64,000 nucleotides of DNA. It comes from Parcubacteria bacterium C7867-001. Its GTDB lineage: Bacteria > Patescibacteriota > Minisyncoccia > Phycocordibacterales > Phycocordibacteraceae. Both the position numbers and the translations under genes were made by a program. Positions within the stretch are counted from its first letter, which is position 1. Each line of letters opens with the position of its first letter. The notes below the pieces were generated by a model. It saw nothing but the letters and a program-made list of their open reading frames with translations, searched no databases and had not been told where the DNA came from. The DNA lies in the NCBI GenBank assembly GCA_001189095.1, contig LFCK01000002.1, positions 1,937-65,936 on the forward strand. Reading direction: 5' to 3'. Shown piece by piece: positions 47,437-55,830 of this stretch.

Positions 47437-47742
47437 TCACCGCGACGGGTCAATAAACCGATACTCCTTTTTATAGCGTTCTTCCTCTACCGCTCGTGCA
47501 TCAAAGACCGTCTGTGCGGCTGAAAGCGAGGCAGTATCAAATAAAGGGGTCGTCGAGGCTGTCGCGGAACCGAGCGACTCTCCGTTAAGGACGCGGTAAA
47601 ACAGCCAGACATTCCATCCGACACTCGCGACGAGAAGAACCGCGCTTACGATAAGAAGAACGAACCAATCACGCAGTGGATGTATGTATTCACCGTAGGA
47701 GAACGAACTGAGTTTTAGTTTTGAAAGAAAAGGTAGAGTCAT
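47437..47742 (-). CDS. Small single-TM protein coupled to pilO (candidate pilus assembly accessory protein)
   Basis: Start refined to MTLPFLSKL... giving ATGA overlap with pilO stop. Confidence 0.45.
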   Translation of the reverse strand: MTLPFLSKLKLSSFSYGEYIHPLRDWFVLLIVSAVLLVASVGWNVWLFYRVLNGESLGSATASTTPLFDTASLSAAQTVFDARAVEEERYKKEYRFIDPSR

Positions 47743-48284
47743 GGTTTTGTCGTCGAAGCTGTTTGTGGTGCGCGTGTTCCGACAGTAATTGCTCCCGTTG
47801 CTGTCCACGTCGTCCCCTTCTCTCCCATGGAACTGGTGAGCGTAAGATCGTTCACCACAAGATCGCGCGGTGCGTATTCGAGCGCGCCCACGGTGCGCAT
47901 TACTGCGTCAAAACTTCCATCTATCTTGAGCGCAATCGTAAGATGCGGCGGCTTCGTTGCGTTATCTGCAGAAACAGACACAACATCGACTGAGGCACCG
48001 AAAGGCTTGCCTTTCGCCTGCAGTTCCTCGAGGAAGGCAACGATACCCGTCTGCGAGACAAAGTATGAGTTGATAGCGTCTTCATTGCTTACGACTGACG
48101 CGAAGGCGGCACGAGCAACGGCAATGCGTGCCACCTCATCGTTCTTCTCACTGACGCTCTGCGTGAGCGTTGCTGCGCGCTCGCTCAATCCAATAACCGA
48201 ACGGTACCAAAAGAAATAGCCCGCACCGATCGCGCAAACGATCAGGGTTGTGATTACAAGATGAATGAGCGCGGAGCGTGTCAT
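47739..48284 (-). CDS. pilO: Type IV pilus assembly protein PilO-like
   Basis: N-terminal TM plus coiled coil, position after pilN, 4-nt overlap. Confidence 0.55.
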   Translation of the reverse strand: MTRSALIHLVITTLIVCAIGAGYFFWYRSVIGLSERAATLTQSVSEKNDEVARIAVARAAFASVVSNEDAINSYFVSQTGIVAFLEELQAKGKPFGASVDVVSVSADNATKPPHLTIALKIDGSFDAVMRTVGALEYAPRDLVVNDLTLTSSMGEKGTTWTATGAITVGTRAPQTASTTKP

Positions 48285-48841
48285 GGCGTTAGTGATCCCG
48301 TAAGCGTTATCGTAAACGGAATGTCGGAATCTTTTGCGAACGCAGCTATGGGCAGATCCGCATTATCGACGAACGGCAGCGCAGCAAGCGCCGCCTGATA
48401 AGCCCGCAACGCTTCGCGCGTCGACGCAGAACCGGTGAGTACCATACGACCAAGGGCTCCGGCCTTCGGTGGTGCAAAGGTAAGGCCGGAAAGCGTGATG
48501 CCGTTTGGTGTCACTGCGAGCACCGCGCGTATCGCCGCACTTGCGGTAGGGGTTGAGCCGAGACGTGCAAGATATTTGGTATCAGTCGCGAGTGCTGCGA
48601 GACGCGCGCTCGTTTCTCGTTCCTCCGTTGAGTCTAGGTGCGAGGAAAGTGTCTGTAACTGGTGGTCGCGCTCGTCGACCTGCTGCGAAAGGAACGCATA
48701 GGATGGTATGAGCATCACGGCGTGCAGCACAAGGAGCGCACCAAGGAGCGCAATGATTACCGTAACGAGACGAATGAAATATTCGCTTCTGAATGCGCGT
48801 CGGCGATCACGTGGAAGGAGGTTGGTAAGCTGATGCGACAT
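48281..48841 (-). CDS. pilN: Type IV pilus assembly protein PilN
   Basis: N-terminal xxNLLP motif (MSHQLTNLLPRDRRRA), single TM. Confidence 0.65.
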   Translation of the reverse strand: MSHQLTNLLPRDRRRAFRSEYFIRLVTVIIALLGALLVLHAVMLIPSYAFLSQQVDERDHQLQTLSSHLDSTEERETSARLAALATDTKYLARLGSTPTASAAIRAVLAVTPNGITLSGLTFAPPKAGALGRMVLTGSASTREALRAYQAALAALPFVDNADLPIAAFAKDSDIPFTITLTGSLTP

Positions 48842-48843
48842 AT

Positions 48844-49926
48844 CTAAGAATTATATTCGCGTAGAGCAAGACCTATCGCGGTCCCGTAGGCGAGCGATGC
48901 GGTGTAGTCCATCGGCGGGAGCCAGTCGTCTCGTTTTGCCATATTTATGAATACATTACCCTCTTCGACCGGAAGTTTAAGGGTTGACTGCAGATACTCC
49001 GGAAGTCCGCGCACCGTTGCATTACCGCCGACAAGAATGACTCGCTTGATGAGATCCTCCTGTTTCTCGCCGACGTGCGTCTGCCAATAATCGATACGTC
49101 GACCGATTTCTTCCCTCAGCACCGACACCGTCGAGAGCATCGCGGAAAGATATTCTTCATTCCCCGCAGACGGAGCGATACCCTTCTCTGCTTTCACCTT
49201 CTTTGCCTCCTCTTCGGTTACACCGAAATGTTTTTGGACAGCGAGCGTGAGCGCATGTCCGCCAATGGTAAGCGTCGTCGCAAAGCGCGGTACGCGGCCG
49301 GAGACCACAAGGAGTTTGGACGTTGTCTTGCCAATATCGATAATGAGAACGGTTTCTGTACTGTCGTGCGAAAGAAGCGCGCGCGGGAGCGCGAAATTCT
49401 CACTTTCAATGGAACGGACGCGCAGTCCAGCATCTTCAAGCACCGCGAGTGTCGTATCAATAACGCGGCGCGCGTAGCCAATGCCGATTACGTGCGTTCC
49501 CTTTTCCGTCTTTTCTTCCGAAACAACGTCGAATACGACTTCCGCGGGTGGAAGCGGTACGAGCTCGTCGATGCGTGACTCGACGGCCGAGCGGCGGGCT
49601 GCAGGCGAATCGCCTTCGACATCGGTTTCAAATAAATATCCGCGCGCCTCAGGCAGTGCGATGTTGACCGTGTGTACGTGATGCGTTTTTGCGAGCTTTT
49701 TTATGGCCGCGACAACCGCGGACTGGTCAGTAATCTCGCCATCAGTAACCGCACCGAGGTTAAGCGGCTCTTCGCCGAAGGCTTCGAGCTCAAGACCATG
49801 CAGTGTCTCTTTAAGGCGTGCGATTTTTATCCCGCTGGTTGAAATATCGATGCCCGCCGTCGGAAAACCGAGGAAATTGGGTGGGGGGAAAACGACGCGA
49901 GCGAACCGAGCAAATGAACTATCCAT
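48844..49926 (-). CDS. pilM: Type IV pilus assembly protein PilM (actin-like ATPase fold)
   Basis: 360 aa; GIDISTSGIKIARLKE N-terminus and FtsA/PilM-like fold signature. Confidence 0.75.
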   Translation of the reverse strand: MDSSFARFARVVFPPPNFLGFPTAGIDISTSGIKIARLKETLHGLELEAFGEEPLNLGAVTDGEITDQSAVVAAIKKLAKTHHVHTVNIALPEARGYLFETDVEGDSPAARRSAVESRIDELVPLPPAEVVFDVVSEEKTEKGTHVIGIGYARRVIDTTLAVLEDAGLRVRSIESENFALPRALLSHDSTETVLIIDIGKTTSKLLVVSGRVPRFATTLTIGGHALTLAVQKHFGVTEEEAKKVKAEKGIAPSAGNEEYLSAMLSTVSVLREEIGRRIDYWQTHVGEKQEDLIKRVILVGGNATVRGLPEYLQSTLKLPVEEGNVFINMAKRDDWLPPMDYTASLAYGTAIGLALREYNS

Positions 49927-49976
49927 GCGTATGAGTATACCTTGCAGGCAGGGTCTCCCAATACTGAATCTATGAA

Positions 49977-50312
49977 TTAGTGAGTCTTGGTGCCGGACGG
50001 AACCTCTCGATGCGGCGAGAGGAACGCAAATGAATCGCCCTCGCCTGCCGCAAAGAGCATGCCATTACTCTCGATACCTTTAATAGTACGTGGCTCGAGA
50101 TTCGTAACGAACGTAAACTGCTTTCCGACGAGCCATTCGGGCTCAGGAACGTAAGCGGCGATACCTGAAACAATCGTGCGCGGACCTGTTTCCTCACCGA
50201 AATCGACGGAGAGCTTGAGGAGCTTATCCGTTTCTAGAACACGCTCGGCTGCACGAACCGTACCGAGACTTACTTCGACCTTACTGACATCAGTAATGCT
50301 AATTTTTTCCAT
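49977..50312 (-). CDS. Stand-alone tRNA-binding protein (Trbp111/CsaA, MetRS-C-terminal-like OB domain)
   Basis: Start refined to MEKISITDV...; LLKLSVDFGEETGPRTIVSGIAAYVPEPEWLVGKQFTFVTNLEPRTIKGIESNGML. Confidence 0.75.
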   Translation of the reverse strand: MEKISITDVSKVEVSLGTVRAAERVLETDKLLKLSVDFGEETGPRTIVSGIAAYVPEPEWLVGKQFTFVTNLEPRTIKGIESNGMLFAAGEGDSFAFLSPHREVPSGTKTH

Positions 50313-50700
50313 GGTGGGAGAGATAGCTCGTAAGAATAAGGGCTGCGGCGGCTGCGTCAACATGTCCAAGGTCACCGCGGCGCTCCCCTTCTATGGTGCG
50401 GCTTGCTTCCTGCGTCGTAAGCGCTTCCGGCTCAAAGTCGACCGTACGCCCAGTCCTCTGCTCAAGCAGCTGTGCGAATGCGCGGGCCGCGTGCGCAACC
50501 GGATTATCCTTTCCGGAGAAGTCACGCGAGTCTCCCATGACAACATGATCAACGTTCTTCTCGGCTATGATTCGCGTGACTTCGTCGATAAGTCGTCCGT
50601 CGTTTGGGACTATGGCGTGCGGAAAACCCATCGTCCCCGCTTCGTCTGAGAGTGCGAGTCCAACTTTTCTGCTACCAAAATCAATCCCAAGATATCGCAT
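50299..50700 (-). CDS. ruvX: Holliday junction resolvase-like protein YqgF/RuvX
   Basis: MRYLGIDFGSRKVGLALSD... Confidence 0.85.
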   Translation of the reverse strand: MRYLGIDFGSRKVGLALSDEAGTMGFPHAIVPNDGRLIDEVTRIIAEKNVDHVVMGDSRDFSGKDNPVAHAARAFAQLLEQRTGRTVDFEPEALTTQEASRTIEGERRGDLGHVDAAAAALILTSYLSHHGKN

Positions 50701-50761
50701 ACAGGCATCCTACACCACTTGGTTGCAGAATCATCTCCGACAGAATAGATTCATTCATACG

Positions 50762-50789
50762 GGAGGAGTGGCAGAGTGGTCTATCGCAC
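50762..50789 (+). repeat. 28-nt direct repeat identical to the 5' end of tRNA-Ser (partial tRNA copy)
   Basis: ggaggagtggcagagtggtctatcgcac occurs at ~50762 and again at 50855 (start of intact tRNA-Ser). Confidence 0.7.
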
Positions 50790-50854
50790 TTGTATTGTTC
50801 AATGAGACAACGAGCGCGGAGCGCGACTATGTCGAATTAATCCCGATTCAGCGC

Positions 50855-50939
50855 GGAGGAGTGGCAGAGTGGTCTATCGCACCTGTCTTGAAAACAGGAG
50901 TGGGGCAACCCACCGTGAGTTCGAATCTCACCTCCTCCG
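50855..50939 (+). tRNA. tRNA-Ser (anticodon TGA), type II
   Basis: Acceptor GGAGGAG/CTCCTCC, discriminator G, anticodon arm CCTGT-CTTGAAA-ACAGG, variable arm AGTGGGGCAACCCACC, T-arm GTGAG-TTCGAAT-CTCAC. Confidence 0.85.
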
Positions 50940-50968
50940 CGGTGCATCGGGGAAAACAATTTAAATAG

Positions 50969-50986
50969 GAATCTCACCTCCTCCGC
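50969..50986 (+). repeat. 18-nt direct repeat of the tRNA-Ser 3' end (att-like remnant)
   Basis: gaatctcacctcctccgc repeats tRNA positions ~50923..50940, ~30 nt downstream of the tRNA. Confidence 0.65.
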
Positions 50987-50997
50987 TAAAGAGTGCT

Positions 50998-51501
50998 ATG
51001 CACTGGTGGTATCATACGAAAGGTATGCCGCCGTTCGCAGTATTCGCTTGGGAAGCGAAAGAATACGTTCACGAAGAAAAAGGCGCCGATTGGTACTGGG
51101 CGCTTGGCATTATTGCGACCGCCGTCGTTATCGTTTCTATCCTTTTCAACAATATCCTTCTCGCGCTCGTAATAGCCGCCGGTACCGGCGCGCTCGCGCT
51201 CGCCGCCGCTCGTCGTCCGGAAATACACCGCTTCGCAGTGACGCGAGAGGGTGTCGCTATCGATTCAAGTCTGTATCTCTTCAAGAACATGCGTTCATTT
51301 TCTATTCTCGAGTACGTCGACAGCACGATTCCTCCCACTATTTCTATAAAGACGAATCATATGCTCTCTCCGCACATAACCATGCCTATCGTCGGCTACG
51401 ACCCGCTCGAAATCTACGACTACATCAGCGAGCACGTTCCCGAAGGAAATCATCACCACCCTTCCCTTATGGAAGAGGTGGTCGGTCTTCTTCGTCTTTA
51501 G
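50998..51501 (+). CDS. Hypothetical membrane protein (167 aa)
   Basis: ORF with 2 TM helices and His-rich C-terminus; weak RBS. Confidence 0.4.
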   Translation: MHWWYHTKGMPPFAVFAWEAKEYVHEEKGADWYWALGIIATAVVIVSILFNNILLALVIAAGTGALALAAARRPEIHRFAVTREGVAIDSSLYLFKNMRSFSILEYVDSTIPPTISIKTNHMLSPHITMPIVGYDPLEIYDYISEHVPEGNHHHPSLMEEVVGLLRL

Positions 51502-51599
51502 CTGCACCCAAGAGTACTTCCAATTTCTAAACTTAAGAAAGTAAAGAAAAAGGGGCGCGTCTTGCGAATCGCGTATTGAGACGGTACAGTCATTTTCAC

Positions 51600-51671
51600 G
51601 CTCCCGTCGTTCAATGGATAGGACGCATCCTTGCGGAGGATGTAATGTAGGTTCGATTCCTACCGGGAGCA
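51600..51671 (+). tRNA. tRNA-Arg (anticodon GCG as read; unusual)
   Basis: Acceptor GCTCCCG/CGGGAGC, D-arm GTTC-AATGGATA-GGAC, anticodon arm CATCC-TTGCGGA-GGATG, T-arm GTAGG-TTCGATT-CCTAC; followed by hairpin terminator ~51680..51716. Confidence 0.65.
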
Positions 51672-51897
51672 CAAAAGACAGAAACGCCTGCCCTTCGGCA
51701 GGCTTTCTGCTTTTGTGCTCCCGGAGGAAAGCGTCTGCACGCTTTCCGTTAGGAATCGAAAGGCGCAGCGATGTTCGGCCAGCAGGCCGAACCGCGAGCC
51801 GGGGTCGAGAAATTTTGTTTGCGTCGGCAAACAAAATATTCGTGACCGAAAGGCGTAATCGCCGGTTCCTACCGTAAAAAATGCTATAACTCCTCCA

Positions 51898-51972
51898 GCT
51901 CCCGTCGTTCAATGGATAGGACAGCTCCCTCCGAAGGAGCAAATGCAGGTTCGATTCCTGCCGAGAGCACCA
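51898..51972 (+). tRNA. tRNA-Arg (anticodon CCG), CCA encoded
   Basis: Shares first 25 nt with preceding tRNA-Arg; anticodon arm GCTCC-CTCCGAA-GGAGC; acceptor has C5-A68 mismatch; terminal A of CCA is the A of the next gene's ATG. Confidence 0.7.
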
Positions 51973-52670
51973 TGCAAGAAAAAGTTTGGGAACGCGAATA
52001 CCGCTCAAAAAAGATGCTCTCGCCGAGCAATGTTCCGCATGCCGATGTCGTGCGCTTCGCGAAGTGGTACAAGAAGCGTGAGCGCCAAATTGATCGTGAA
52101 TTCGATTTCGACCGCGTTACGATTCTTGATTTAGGTTCCGGTACTGGGAGGAACGCTTTTTACTTCGCGGAACGCGGCGCAAAGGCCATCGGATATGAAA
52201 TCTCAGATACGGCGCTTTCCTACGCTCGCTCCTTCGCGAGCGACGCTGGACTTTCGATTACGTACGAGAAACGCAGCATCGGTGAACAATTCGCACTCCC
52301 TGACGCATCTATCGATATCATTCTCGACATCACTTCTTCCAATTCCCTTTCGGACAGCGAACGCGCGGTCTATCTCGCAGAAACCCATCGCGTCTTAAAA
52401 CCAAATGGGATTCTTCTCGTTCGAGCGCTTTCAAAGGAAGCTGACAAACACGCCAAAGAACTCATCGCCCGCTTCCCCGGCCCCGATGAGGACACCTACA
52501 TACACCCTGACCTCGGCGTTACGGAAAAGGTATTTACCAAAGAATCCTTCACAAAAACATACGGTGACCACTTTTCTTTCATCGACCTTGAAAGGATCGA
52601 ACACTACGCAACGGTCGCTGGGCGTAAGTACAAACGACAATACTGGCTTGCGTATCTTGCCAAGAATTGA
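51972..52670 (+). CDS. Class I SAM-dependent methyltransferase
   Basis: Motif I ILDLGSGTGRNAFYFAERGA; start refined to MQEKVWERE (ORF track 51912 start lies inside the tRNA). Confidence 0.7.
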   Translation: MQEKVWEREYRSKKMLSPSNVPHADVVRFAKWYKKRERQIDREFDFDRVTILDLGSGTGRNAFYFAERGAKAIGYEISDTALSYARSFASDAGLSITYEKRSIGEQFALPDASIDIILDITSSNSLSDSERAVYLAETHRVLKPNGILLVRALSKEADKHAKELIARFPGPDEDTYIHPDLGVTEKVFTKESFTKTYGDHFSFIDLERIEHYATVAGRKYKRQYWLAYLAKN

Positions 52671-52729
52671 CTTGAGTTAAATAGATCGGTACTTTCAAGA
52701 ACGACTACCTGACATAAGGAGGAGTCGCC

Positions 52730-53653
52730 ATGATCTTTGAAGGATCGAGGGAGGTGCTTGAGCGCTTACACCTCAAACAGAAGTTGTTGCGCGAAAAAGA
52801 TCCTGCGCATGAAGAAATTCGACCCGCGCTCCTCATTTTAAGTGGAGTTATGCGTGGAGTGTATGGAGGAGGTCAGACAATCGCTCTCCACCAGCATGGA
52901 CTAAGCAATGTCTTCGACACGGTCGTTGGAATATCGACTGGTGCTCCCGTTGCTGCGTACTTCGTCGCAAATGACATTGAACGCGGTCTTACCATCTACT
53001 GGAACGAGTGTGCGACACCGGAATTTCTCTCTTTTAGAAGAAGCTTTGGCGCTGAGCGCCCGATGGACATCGACTATCTAGGGAGTGTATTCCGCGGAGA
53101 AACAGCTCGAGGAGTGCGTCTTAGTCAGGAAGCACTGTCTCGCTCTCGCTCCGCGCTTTACACAGGCGTGACCTGCAGACGCACTGGCGAGGGTATCTTT
53201 CTTGATGCAAAGCTCGCGCAACCAGATGTTGTGCAAGCAGTTCAAGCCTCACTCGCAGCGCCATGGCTCTCTCACGGCAACGTTGTGGTCGATGGTAACT
53301 CATACATCGATGGTGCTGGCGCCCTTCCCTTTCCTGCACAGGAAGTGATTGAACGGTTTCGCCCAACAGACTTGCTTGTTCTTGCAAACTGTTCGCCGGA
53401 ACTGAAGTCTTCGCTGCCTCGTTCACTCCTGCGCTCGATTCTTGTAGCTTCACTCCCGCCGAGTGTACGCGATGCGTTTGCGACGATGGACACTCGATTC
53501 CAATCGAGTCTTGCGTATCTTCGCTCGCAGGAGGATTGCCGCTACGCAATTGTATGGACCGATGACGACCTCACGGGGTTCGAACAAAATCCCGTGCGAT
53601 TGGAGTGCGCCGCAGAACGTGCACGAAAACACCTTAGCGATCTTCTTGCTTAA
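52730..53653 (+). CDS. Patatin-like phospholipase
   Basis: Oxyanion GGG (GVYGGGQ), nucleophile elbow GISTG (GxSxG), catalytic Asp in VDGNSYIDGAG; lower GC and different codon usage than core genes. Confidence 0.78.
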   Translation: MIFEGSREVLERLHLKQKLLREKDPAHEEIRPALLILSGVMRGVYGGGQTIALHQHGLSNVFDTVVGISTGAPVAAYFVANDIERGLTIYWNECATPEFLSFRRSFGAERPMDIDYLGSVFRGETARGVRLSQEALSRSRSALYTGVTCRRTGEGIFLDAKLAQPDVVQAVQASLAAPWLSHGNVVVDGNSYIDGAGALPFPAQEVIERFRPTDLLVLANCSPELKSSLPRSLLRSILVASLPPSVRDAFATMDTRFQSSLAYLRSQEDCRYAIVWTDDDLTGFEQNPVRLECAAERARKHLSDLLA

Positions 53654-53667
53654 CTAGCTTGAAAAAT

Positions 53668-53702
53668 AAAAACCCGATGCAGAGCATCGGGTTTTCTTTT
53701 TT
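53668..53702. terminator. Bidirectional terminator (aaaaacccgatgcagagcatcgggtttt)
   Basis: Between patatin gene and rpsT. Confidence 0.65.
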
Positions 53703-53946
53703 ATTTCTTCGCTCCGGCGAGTGCCTTTGCGAGGCGAGCCTTCTTGCGGTTCGCCGTGTTCTTCTTGATGACTCCGCGCTTTGCCGCCTTATCGATTGCC
53801 TGATAGGCCTTCGAGAGGGCTTCTGCGCTCATCTCCTTGCGGACATCCTTTACGGCCGAACTGAGGGCGCGCTTGCGGCGAATGTTGAAAACACGCTTCG
53901 TGAGAGAGGCGCGGTGAGCTTTCTTCGCGTTCTTGGTGATTGCCAT
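53701..53946 (-). CDS. rpsT: 30S ribosomal protein S20
   Basis: MAITKNAKKAHRASLTKRVFNIRRKRALSSAVK... Confidence 0.9.
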   Translation of the reverse strand: MAITKNAKKAHRASLTKRVFNIRRKRALSSAVKDVRKEMSAEALSKAYQAIDKAAKRGVIKKNTANRKKARLAKALAGAKK

Positions 53947-54004
53947 GTGAACTCGAATATACGCTACCGGCGTCCTTTACGCAATATTTGCTACTATACG
54001 TCTA

Positions 54005-54553
54005 ATGATCCGTGAAATTAGAGGAAAAGTGTTGAATGTTGAGGCTGACGGCGCGGTTATCGACGTGAACGGCTGGGGGGTCAAAGTCTGTATGGCCACC
54101 CACGAAGCCCTTGTTCCAAGCTCCGAGGTCCGTCTCCTCACCTATCTCGCATTCAAGCAGGATGGGGCCGAGCTCTACGGCTTTAGCGAAGAAGCTGACC
54201 GTCGCTTTTTCGAGCTTGCCCTACTGGTCCCCGGCGTTGGCCCTAAGACCGCCATTTCCCTCCTACGCCGTGCGCCGCGCGAATCTCTTGAAGGCGCCAT
54301 CGGACGCCGTGATGTGAATTACCTCACGCGCGTCGTCGGCCTCGGAAAGAAAGCGGCAGAGAAGCTCGTCGTTGAGCTCGCAGAGAAAATCGGTAGCGAG
54401 GGCAGGGCTCCGGTGAGCGGAGATGACGAGGTGTTCGACATGCTGGTCGCTCTTGGTTACACCGAACGCGAAGCGCGCACTGCGCTTACGAAAATTCCTA
54501 TGGAGACCACCGGCACCGATGCGCGCTTCAAAGCGGCGCTCGCCGCTCATTAA
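54005..54553 (+). CDS. ruvA: Holliday junction DNA helicase subunit RuvA
   Basis: MIREIRGKV...VNGWGVKV OB domain, HhH (VPGVGPKTAISLL), C-terminal domain III. Confidence 0.9.
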   Translation: MIREIRGKVLNVEADGAVIDVNGWGVKVCMATHEALVPSSEVRLLTYLAFKQDGAELYGFSEEADRRFFELALLVPGVGPKTAISLLRRAPRESLEGAIGRRDVNYLTRVVGLGKKAAEKLVVELAEKIGSEGRAPVSGDDEVFDMLVALGYTEREARTALTKIPMETTGTDARFKAALAAH

Positions 54554-54554
54554 T

Positions 54555-55814
54555 ATGGGTGCGCTCAAGCCCGTCATCGCTCGCCTGCTTCCCCGCTCGA
54601 TGTATCGAGCGCTTCTTTCTCCGTATCACTATCTCTGGGCGTTCGGCTCCGCACTTGTCTACGGCTTCCCAGGGAAGAAGCTCACCGTCATCGGCGTTAC
54701 GGGCACGAAAGGAAAATCATCCGTCTGCGAAATGCTCACGGCCGTCCTTGAGGCGCATGGCTACAAGGTCGTGCTCTCAAGCACCATCCGCTTCTCAATA
54801 AACGGCGAATCGCGCCCGAATCTCTACAAAATGACGCTTCCGGGGCGCGGGTTCCTCCAGAAATTCCTCCGCGACGCACTCGACTCCGGATCGACCCACG
54901 TCGTGATTGAGCTCACCAGCGAGAGCGCGCTCCAGTACCGCCACAGCTTTACCTATCTCAACGCGCTCGTGTTCACAAATCTTCAGAAGGAACACATCGA
55001 GTCGCACGGCAGCATGGAGAAATACTTTGGGGCCAAGTTTTCGCTCGGGAAGGAACTTGCACGTTCACCGAAGCGCCCACGTGCCATCATCGCAAATGCT
55101 GATGATGAGTACGGGAAGCGATTCCTCGAACTTCCGGTCGAGCAGAAGATAGACTTCTCATTCGCGAATGCGCAGAACGTGCGCAGCAACGAGTCCGGAA
55201 TCTCGTTTGAGTTCGCGGGCATGAGCGTCTCCCTTAAGCACCCCGGAAAATTCTCGCTCTTGAACGCGATTGCAACGCTTAAAGCAGCGGAATTCCTCGG
55301 CGTTCCTCTTTCAGAAGGAGCAGAAACACTTGCAGCTCATGCACGCATCCCCGGGCGCGCTGAGCGCATCGATCGCGGACAAGACTTCCTCGCCGTTGTC
55401 GATTATGCGCACACGCCCGATTCCCTTTCCGCGCTCTACGACGCATTCAAAGACAAGCGAAAGATTTGCGTGCTTGGCAACACCGGCGGCGGACGCGACA
55501 CATGGAAGCGTCCTGACATGGGCCGCATCGCGGATGAAGCGTGCGCGCATGTGATTCTCACCGACGAAGATCCATACGACGAAGATCCGAAGAAAATCGT
55601 CGACGAAATGGCTGCGGGAATGAAACGAACGCCAAAAGTCATCATGGATCGCCGCGAAGCTATTCGTGAAGCGCTCATACTCGCGCAGCCGGGGGATGCC
55701 GTGCTCATCACCGGTAAAGGAACCGACCCGTACATCATGCAGGCTGGCGGAAAAAAGCTTGAGTGGAGCGACGCACGTGTAGTTGCTGAAGAACTCGAAC
55801 GAATGAAACCGTAG
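54555..55814 (+). CDS. murE: Mur ligase family protein, MurE-like (short N-terminus)
   Basis: Start refined to MGALKPV (TAATATG junction with ruvA); P-loop GVTGTKGKSS, C-terminal ILTDEDPYDEDP resembling MurE TSDNPRxEDP. Confidence 0.7.
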   Translation: MGALKPVIARLLPRSMYRALLSPYHYLWAFGSALVYGFPGKKLTVIGVTGTKGKSSVCEMLTAVLEAHGYKVVLSSTIRFSINGESRPNLYKMTLPGRGFLQKFLRDALDSGSTHVVIELTSESALQYRHSFTYLNALVFTNLQKEHIESHGSMEKYFGAKFSLGKELARSPKRPRAIIANADDEYGKRFLELPVEQKIDFSFANAQNVRSNESGISFEFAGMSVSLKHPGKFSLLNAIATLKAAEFLGVPLSEGAETLAAHARIPGRAERIDRGQDFLAVVDYAHTPDSLSALYDAFKDKRKICVLGNTGGGRDTWKRPDMGRIADEACAHVILTDEDPYDEDPKKIVDEMAAGMKRTPKVIMDRREAIREALILAQPGDAVLITGKGTDPYIMQAGGKKLEWSDARVVAEELERMKP

Positions 55815-55830
55815 CTGGTATCATTAGCGC

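Noticed and set aside
51912-51971. N-terminal 20 codons of the ORF-track methyltransferase ORF
   Set aside because: They are the in-frame translation of tRNA-Arg(CCG); real start is the ATG at 51972
51295-52008. 237-aa minus-strand ORF across the tRNA-Arg pair
   Set aside because: Spans two tRNA genes and a terminator; no RBS; composition artefact
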